NCBI GenBank assembly: GCA_963693365.1
Contig: CAVNZM010000007.1
Coordinates: 4,523,962-4,587,961, forward strand
Length of the DNA: 64,000 nt
Direction of reading: 5' to 3'
Source: Amoebidium appalachense
Taxonomy: Eukaryota > Protista > Ichthyosporea
The notes under the pieces are model-generated. The model was not told the DNA's origin. It did no database searches and saw only the letters and a program-made list of their open reading frames with translations. Shown here piece after piece: positions 56,601-64,000 of this stretch. Both the position numbers and the translations under genes were made by a program. The stretch's first letter is position 1. Each line of letters starts with the position of its first letter.

Positions 56601-57308
56601 CGACGTTGGCATAAGAATATTAAGTTTGTAAACGTGTTTTCTTTGCAGGAGAATTAGATAGCCCCGTTAGGATGACATTGTGTGTTGCGAGTGTGCTGTA
56701 AACTTCGTGGTAGTATAATGTTGTAGGCCATGGTGTGTTTGATGTGTGTGCAAAGTTTTAGGCTGCTAGCATTTTTATTTAGGGAGCTGTAGCTGTTTTT
56801 ATGTTCTGTGGGATATGCCATATGGATATATTGATGAGTTTGAGTTATATCTAGTCCGAAATGGGCGGCAATCGATTTGGTCTTTGTGATCTAGGGGTTT
56901 TAGCCACTTGTGAAAAATTTTCATTGGTTGATGTGCAGCAAAAATTCCATTTTGGTAGATTTCATGGATTTGATAGGTTCTAAGTCATTTCTTCATATTT
57001 CCATAGGCAAAAATGTGGGCCGCGCTATATAATGAGCTTGCGCGGCCCCAGGGAGGTCAGTTGCGGCGCTACTGAGCGCGTTTAGGTCTCTTTAGGCCCA
57101 ATTTTTTAGCTAAGTTTTTGCCCACCCACCACACCCTTTGCCTATTTAGGCACTATGCTACGTTTTTTGAGCATGTTTCTGTATGACATTTGTCATTCTT
57201 TTCATTGCTCCTGTGGAGCACACCTGTGCCTGCTTGTGAGATTGATCCACAGGCACCGGCTCATGTATCCCCTTGCTGGGGCTGGTAAAGACGACGTTGG
57301 CATAAGAA
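53660..57308 (+). mobile_element. 5'-truncated YR retrotransposon family 1: RT-RH (frameshifted), YR 55584-56515 (2-bp insertion ~55818), B1 56522-56617, A2 56618-57212, B2 57213-57308
   Basis: RT: GLFGVPKD..RVIFDGR, DMDNQF, VPMGWVHS, LYVDDCG. RH: TDAS, HNNIVEGEAL, LDS..KGRS, NPADGPSR. Split direct repeats at the 3' end. Confidence 0.9.
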
Positions 57309-57606
57309 AGAACTATTAACGAAACAACGAACCCAAGGAAAAACGAACTGTTCACAAAGACACAACGAAATAATGATTCAAAGAAAAACGAATGCATATA
57401 GAAATAATGAAACAACGAAAAACGAAAGGTTTTATTTGTGGAATTTATTGACATGAATATTTTTTCTGGGTAAACACGTAGGATGGGTGTTCGTTATCAA
57501 CATAACCATGTACAAGCTACAAACACATCTTCTGTGTTTAGCACCCACAGCCTTACAGCTATATATTCCCTTTTCATTCTCCCTATCTTTCTCTCCGCCG
57601 GTCAGC

Positions 57607-58769
57607 ATGCCGCCGAAAGAGCGCCAGGCCTCAGCCACCGTCCCTGCCGCGGCACCTAAGCGCCTGACCCGCAGCGACCTCCGCCACAGGCTGACCAACG
57701 CTCCCGCGGGCCCTGACGCGCCTCCGGAGGCCCATACCACCAAGGACCCTCCGGCTACTCTCCCCTCTACTCCTGAAGTCCCTCCTCAGGCCCCGCCGTC
57801 CCCGCCGATGACTCCTCAAGACGCCGTCCTTGCCGCCCTCACCGCCATCAGCACCCAGATGACGGATGTCCTGGCCGCTCTCACCAACCGTGACCCTCCC
57901 GCGCCCCCCGCCGCACCCTCCGCACCCGGGGAGGTTTCCCCGGGACTGCATCTCGGCCCTGACCTGGACCTACCTGCCCTGCCCGCGCCCCCCATTACAG
58001 GTGAGAGCACTGGCGACATTCAGCCGGGCACACTGCCGCTTCCCCCCGCGGATGTGCTGGCAGATTTGCGCGCCAATCGTTTCGTCGACCTGTATAAGTT
58101 CACCCCCGCAGCCCTCCTGACCCCATCCAAGAAAGGCCAGCAGCTGCGCATGGCCGACGACGGCAGCATCGAGGCTTTTCGCAATGACAAACCCGTTCCC
58201 CTGCGTTCACTCGTCATTTGGATCCAAGCTTGGACCCATTACATGGCCGCCAAGCACCACCTCGACCTCCCCACGGACAAGGACGTACTTTGGACTCAGC
58301 ACATCACTCACCTCAGCACCCGATACCCGTGGGCCCAGATCCACAACTAATACGTGTACGCCCGTACTGTTGCCCACCAGCAGGGTCTGGCTCCGATCGA
58401 GTGTCCCAACCTGCTCGCCCAACTCCACCAGGATCTCCTCCTGCCACCCACTCTGCTCATCCCGGACGCATGTCAGCGCTGTGGCTTCCCCAACCACCCC
58501 AGCGCGGCCTGCCCCATGTACCCCAAGCCCGGCTGTGGTCTTGACGGCTTCAAGCCGCCCCACAAGCCCGGGGGGGCAAAACCCCCAACCGCCCTGGCCC
58601 GCACCTCGGCCCGGCAAAACCGGCCCGACCCGTGGATCTACCCTCGACGCACTGCAGGAATTTCCACATTAACGGTCGGTCCTGCGCTAAGCAGCCCTGC
58701 CCCTTCTCCCACGTGTGCCCGCTCTGCTCTGGCACACACCCCCGCAAAGACTGCAAGCACAATGCCTAG
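57607..58769 (+). pseudogene. gag-like ORF1 of the Ngaro-like element (internal stop 58348, one frameshift)
   Basis: ANRFVDLYKF, WIQAWTHY, STRYPW; zinc motifs CQRCGFPNHPSAAC and CRNFH..CAKQPCPFSHVCPLCSGTHPRKDC. Confidence 0.8.
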
Positions 58770-58914
58770 TCTACGCGCACACACACAGATAGAACATAGG
58801 GGCTAGGAGCTAGGACACACGGGTACAAGGAAACGGAGCTCGGGAAAACGGGCCAATAGGGCTGAGTACAAATTTTCGCAGGCCAACTACGGCGCCCGCG
58901 CGCGCCAAGAATAA

Positions 58915-59154
58915 ATGTCCCTACACCAAGACGTTATTCTGGCTAATGCACATATTTTTACTCCCCCCCCCCATCCCACGAGCCTCCCCCCCCCCTGGCA
59001 CTCACCTAGCACTCCCTCCCCCCCCCCCTTCTTCTACCTCTGTGTCCGCCCACACCCCCGCGTGCTCGGGCATCCCCTGCACAGGGCCCCGCTGCCCTCC
59101 CTGCAAACCCTCCCTCGGGCCCAGCTGCCCTACTCTATCCCCCCCGGGGCCCTG

Positions 59155-59197
<43 letters not shown>

Positions 59198-60882
59198 CGC
59201 TGCCGGGACCTCCCCAAGGGTGCCCCACCCTTGCTAACCACACCTTCCCCCGAGGCTCAGACCCGGAGGCCCGCCCGCTGCCCCAGCACCACATTGACAC
59301 CTCCCGCCTCCGGGAGCTGCTGGCATCCTACCCAGACCAATCATTCGCCGCGCAGCTCCTCCACGATGTCGAATTCGGTGTCGACATCGGCTACCGCGGC
59401 CCCTCCACCTCTCGGGTGGGCCCCAACCTACCCACCACCCCGGCTGCTGCTGCCGCTATCACGGCGGATATTGTGAACGAAGTCGCCTTCGGCCACCTGC
59501 GCGGCCCCCTCTCCCCGTACCAATTCTTCGCCGAATTTCCGGTCCACCGTTCCTCCCCCATTGGCGCCGTTACTAAAAAAGGGAACCCCCCCAAGTACCG
59601 TCGAATCCACCACCTCTCATGGCCCCGGGGCAGCAGCGTCAATGACAGCGTCACCTACCCCGACGAACTTCAGTACATTCGTGCCCGGGACGTCACCCAG
59701 CTCATTCTCGACGCAGGCCCCGGCTGCTACATGGCCGTGGCCGACGTGCAGGCTGCCTTCCGGCACATGCCCATTCGACCAGAAGACCATCACTTAATGG
59801 CATTCAAATGGCAGGGGCATTTTTACATTGACACCCGACTGCCCTTCGGCCTGAAATCTAGCCCAGCCATCTGGGAACGGATCGCGGCCACCCTCCAGTG
59901 GCTGGCACACCAGCACGGTGTTACCCTCATCCGCCACTACGTAGACGACTGGATTATAGTCGCCCCCACCCAAGAGCAGTGCCAACGTCACCTATCCACC
60001 TTCCTGCAACTCTGCCGAGAGCTGCACATTGCCATCTCCGAAGACAAGATGCAGGGCCTGGCTACCCGTATCGTCTTCATCGGTATCGAATTCGACTCCG
60101 TCACCATGGAGGCACGGATCCCTGCTTCCAAACTCTCGGACCACTCGACCTCACTTCCCACCCAACACCCACCATCACCATTCGGGACCTGCAATCCCTC
60201 CTCGGAAAACTCACCTGGTGTGCCCAGCTGGTCCCCCCCGGGCGGGCCTTCTCCCAGCGCCTATGGGCCCTTCTCCGAAAACACGCACACCTTGCCGGGC
60301 ACCACCACATACGGCTGTCTGCTGCCGCCCGGGCAGACATAACCGAATGGCACCAGTTCCTCACATCATGGAATGGGGTGCACCTTATCACCCCCCCCCA
60401 CATACACCACCCTAGCCACCGATGCTGCCGGATCCGTGGGTCTAGGGGGCCACTGGCTCGACCAATGGTTGTTCATGCCCTGGTCTCCCTCCACCCAAGG
60501 CCTCTATGCTCATGAGGGTAAACTCGGTTCCTCCGTCATCGAACTCTTGGTCATCGCAGCCGCCGTGGCCCTCTGGGCCCCCTCCTGGTCCACCCACCAT
60601 GTCCGTATTTTATGCGACAACACGGGTGCTGTGTCTGACCTGCACTCCCGGTCTTCCCCCCATCCCGTGATGGCCAAACTTATTCGGTTCATCACCCGCA
60701 TGGAAATGCAATACCAATTTACGTTACAGGCCTCCTACCTACCGGGACCCCTCAACCATCTAGCCGATGCCATTTCTCGTAACCAACTTCCCCGAGCCCG
60801 ACGACTCCGACCTTCCCTGCAACCGGAGCCCTGCCCCTTCCCCTCCTGGGTCCACGAGTTCCTATCCTATCCCCTGGGCTAA
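58915..60882 (+). pseudogene. RT-RNase H of the Ngaro-like element (two frameshifts)
   Basis: SSPIGAVTKK..YRRIHHLSWPRGSSVND, DVQAAFR, LPFGLKSSP, HYVDDW; RH TDAAG, IELL, CDN, NHLADAISR. Confidence 0.9.
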
Positions 60883-60936
60883 CACCCCCCCCACCCCTCC
60901 CCCCCAGATCTCCCCTTCCGGAGCAACGCCGGCAGA

Positions 60937-61968
60937 TTGGCCCCCCACTTTGCTCCGGCCGAGCTGCTTCGAGCCACCACTACCCTGCAGGAATGCCAGG
61001 CCCTGAGTCTCAACCTCGACTCTCGGGCCTTTTACTCCCGGGTGCAAAAAGTGTTCATCGATTTTTGTGTGGCATCTCGGCTGCAGTCCTCCTCCGGGTC
61101 CTACCTCCCGGCCTCCCCACACACCGTGCAGCTCTTTCTCGCCTGGTGTGCCCAACGAGGGGTACAGGCCTCTTCCTTGGCCGGCTACAATTCGGCCATC
61201 ACCAGACTCCACCTCGACATGGGCCTCCCTGCTCCCTACCCCCACGACAAGTCTCTGGCCTGGTTCCTACGAGGGGTGGGCAGATGGCAGCTTTCTCACA
61301 ACATCCGGCCCCGATCATCTACCCGGGAGCCCCTCCTGCCCTCCCACCTCAGCCTACTCCATGGCCAGTGCCCCACCACGGCCTCCTCGGCCAATCTCCG
61401 GCTATGGACGGTCCTCATCGTAGGTTTTTGTGGTCTCTTCCGTTCGGGGGAATTCACCTCCAAGACCCTGACTTCCTTCGACCCGTCCCGTCACGTTAAA
61501 AGGAAGGACGTGACCTTCAGCTACACCCCCACCGGTACTTTGTCCCATGCCACCCTCCACCTGCCAACCTCCAAGACGGACGTACAGGCCCAAGGTGTCA
61601 ACGTCACTCTCGCTGCCCTGCCCCTCACCCACTTCTCCCCAGCCCATCTCCTCCGGCAGTTCCTGGACACAACGTCCGGTCAACCCGACGACCCCCTGTT
61701 CAGTCTCGGTGGCATTCCCTACACCAAGGGTGCTTTCTCTGCCGACTTCCGTGCTCTCCTCTCCCGGGCAGGCCTCTCACCCTCCCGGTTTGCCGGCCAC
61801 AGCCTCCGAATCGGGGGGGCCACAGCCCTGGCTGAGGCCGGGGTCGACAACTCCCGGATCAAACAACTCGGCAGATGGTCCTCCGACTGTTTCCTGATCT
61901 ATACTCGACTTCGCCCGGCCTCCATTGCTGCCACTACCACACGTGTATTCGCCTCTATTCTTAAGTGA
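60937..61968 (+). CDS. tyrosine recombinase of the Ngaro-like element (intact frame, TTG start uncertain)
   Basis: N-terminal SAM-like region, GFCGLFRSGEF, SKTD, HSLRIGGAT, LGRWSSDCFLIY. Confidence 0.9.
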   Translation: MAPHFAPAELLRATTTLQECQALSLNLDSRAFYSRVQKVFIDFCVASRLQSSSGSYLPASPHTVQLFLAWCAQRGVQASSLAGYNSAITRLHLDMGLPAPYPHDKSLAWFLRGVGRWQLSHNIRPRSSTREPLLPSHLSLLHGQCPTTASSANLRLWTVLIVGFCGLFRSGEFTSKTLTSFDPSRHVKRKDVTFSYTPTGTLSHATLHLPTSKTDVQAQGVNVTLAALPLTHFSPAHLLRQFLDTTSGQPDDPLFSLGGIPYTKGAFSADFRALLSRAGLSPSRFAGHSLRIGGATALAEAGVDNSRIKQLGRWSSDCFLIYTRLRPASIAATTTRVFASILK

Positions 61969-64000
61969 AACCTTTGGAGCAAGCATACTGCTCTCGTGCC
62001 GTGGTTTACAACCATTGCAAGTTCACTTTCGTCCAAGGGGATGTCCCCCTAGAGGCAACACACATCCCGGAGTAGTTTTTCATAGAGGTTTTATTTGTGG
62101 AATTTATTGACATAAATATTTTTTCTGGGTAAACACGTAGGATGGGTGTTCGTTATCAACATAACCATGTAGGCTTCATTTCGTGTTTTAGCAGTTCGCG
62201 GTTGGCTGCCCGCACACGGGCACCTATTAGCCAATCAAAACATCAGATTCCACATATCACTAGACCGAGTTTTGATTGGCTCGGATCAGATTTCACATAT
62301 CACTAGATCGATTTTGATTGGCTCAGATCGGTAGGCTTAGGTATATAAGCACGACAGTTTTTAGCAGATCAGCAAGCTACAAACACATCTTCTGTGTTTA
62401 GCACCCACAGCCTTACAGCTATATATTCCTTTTTCACCCACCCACCTACACCCACACTCAACCCCCATTGATCCACACATACGTGCTGTTTTTCACGGGG
62501 CGAAGACTTCCCCCGTTTTTTGGGCACAAGGACCTCACGGATCAATAAATTGATGACTGGGGGCTTGCCGTGGTTTACAACCATTGCAGGTTCACTTTCG
62601 TCCAAGGGGATGTCCCCCTAGAGGCAACACACGTCCCGGAGTAGTTTTTCATAGAGCTTCCGATATACGAACTAACACGTACGAAACACGAATACATAAC
62701 GCAATAACGAAGTAACGAACCGACGTTAGAAACGAAAAACGAAAGCAAAATGAAATGGAAACACGAAAATGAAAAGAAGAATGCACAACACCAGTGCTTA
62801 GCTTGCAATGCACACGGCCCCCTCTATGTTACGAAGAAAAGAAAACCGTTGCCCTTGCGTGCATTGCGCTATTGCACACAGTCATCGTGTCCATGCCACC
62901 GCGTGCACGTCCACCAGTGTTGCATGCATTCTTCGAATCCCTTGCTCTTGTCGAATACCACATGCCCATAGTTTAGCGCACAGGATGCACAAATGCTCAC
63001 AAATTTATGCCTGCATGCCTTAGGCTAAACACGTTACGAATGTATGCCTCATGTATGGCCCTTCCTGGTGCCATGCCCCAACGAACTTGCACTCTTGGTG
63101 CACAGAAGGCATGTAATACAGTCGATGCAGAACTTTTGTTCGTGCATGTGAAACAAACGAAGCTGTGGGGTACGAATTTACAGGTATTAAACTGCCAGTG
63201 TGTGGCAATACTGTATAAATACTATAACGTACGAACTATGCTGTAAAGCCTTGAATACCCGCATGCAAAATAAAATTGCTGCCGGCACACCCCCACCAGA
63301 ATAAAAGAATAAAAGAATGATGCAAGGGCACCGTCCCTCACAACACCAGCATGCAGTGTCACCAGTTTAGCTCGAATTTCGAATAATGAGTCCCACCTCT
63401 CCACTAGCGAAGAAAGTGTGATTGGGGACGAATACGAATGCAAGGTGTTGTTGACTACCACATCGGACCATCATGTGTACCTAGGCCCTGGTACGGAGGT
63501 GACCATGTTATTCCCTTGCAATATGATGACACTGTAACAATTTAGCACGTGCATACCCCACCAATGGGCACAGGCGGGAGACAACCCCGCAAGCTGCCTT
63601 ATTAAGTACCTCTGCTAAAACGAAATGCTCTTCTCAGGAAGTAACGGAAGGGTCCAACGAACACGAACCACACAATCACCAGGCAGCTACTTACATCTGA
63701 TGTATGTGAGAAGTAGGGTGTGTGAGCGGGGTAAATTCATGAACACCAACACGAAAGAAAGCACAGCACAAAGCAGTTCCACGAACACGAATGGTTTTGG
63801 TATTCCACACAACGAACAGAACCAACAGTAGGGCCACCTACAAATGAAGCAGAGGATGGGGCACCATCCAGACCTGCACTGGAGGATATGAAAATACGAA
63901 GCACGCTCACGAGAAAGTTGCTTACAAAAGAAAGGGCGACCGTGACGACTTTTCTTTTAAAGACAAGCCTCCAGAAGAATGTATTATGCCTGGAATCCCC

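Larger units (their letters stand above)
57429..62656 (+). mobile_element. full-length Ngaro-like YR retrotransposon: A1 57429-57576, gag, RT-RH, YR, B1 61997-62087, A2 62088-62436, B2 62566-62656
   Basis: A1..B1-A2-B2 split direct repeats (91-bp B copies). AACGAA-rich host sequence on both flanks, with a 2-bp AG overlap at the ends. Confidence 0.92.

Noticed and set aside
62169-62372. The 201-bp A1/A2 difference as a spliced-out intron
   Set aside because: It ends in CAG, but A1 retains the GTA of the putative donor, so the junction does not match GT-AG splicing.
53660-62656. Prophage or bacterial integrase interpretation of the tyrosine recombinases
   Set aside because: They are linked to RT/RNase H/gag and split direct repeats, so they are eukaryotic YR retrotransposons; no phage genes are present.
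62780-64000. Short ORFs at the window end
   Set aside because: No recognisable motifs or consistent splice structure.

Overview
Eukaryotic, intron- and microsatellite-rich DNA with abundant poly-C/poly-G, (CA)n and (GA)n tracts. The style suggests a unicellular eukaryote, but the taxon cannot be fixed from this window. There is one host-type gene (887-7354, +): a secreted Pro/Cys-rich protein with EGF and lectin-like domains. The rest is largely nested mobile DNA. DNA transposons: a TA-flanked Tc1/mariner(pogo)-type element, an ATAT-flanked TIR element, and DUF7869/Sola-like and Plavaka-like transposase fragments. Retroelements: Gypsy fragments (one with a 138-bp fold-back of the LTR start), Penelope-like pieces that imply an N-terminal GIY-YIG layout, and three families of tyrosine-recombinase (DIRS-order) retrotransposons with split direct repeats. 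These include a full-length Ngaro-like copy and two solo A-B repeats, one of which reveals a TTC target site. A ~183-bp satellite lies at 28.7-31.0 kb. The most notable signal is invisible in the ORF track: a ~11-kb minus-strand gene of at least 11 exons (49159-38172) that, when spliced by hand, gives a ParB/Srx-like domain fused to a beta-class N6A/N4C DNA-methyltransferase-like domain. It is now frameshifted and 3'-truncated by insertions. All family assignments are by motif recognition, not database search.
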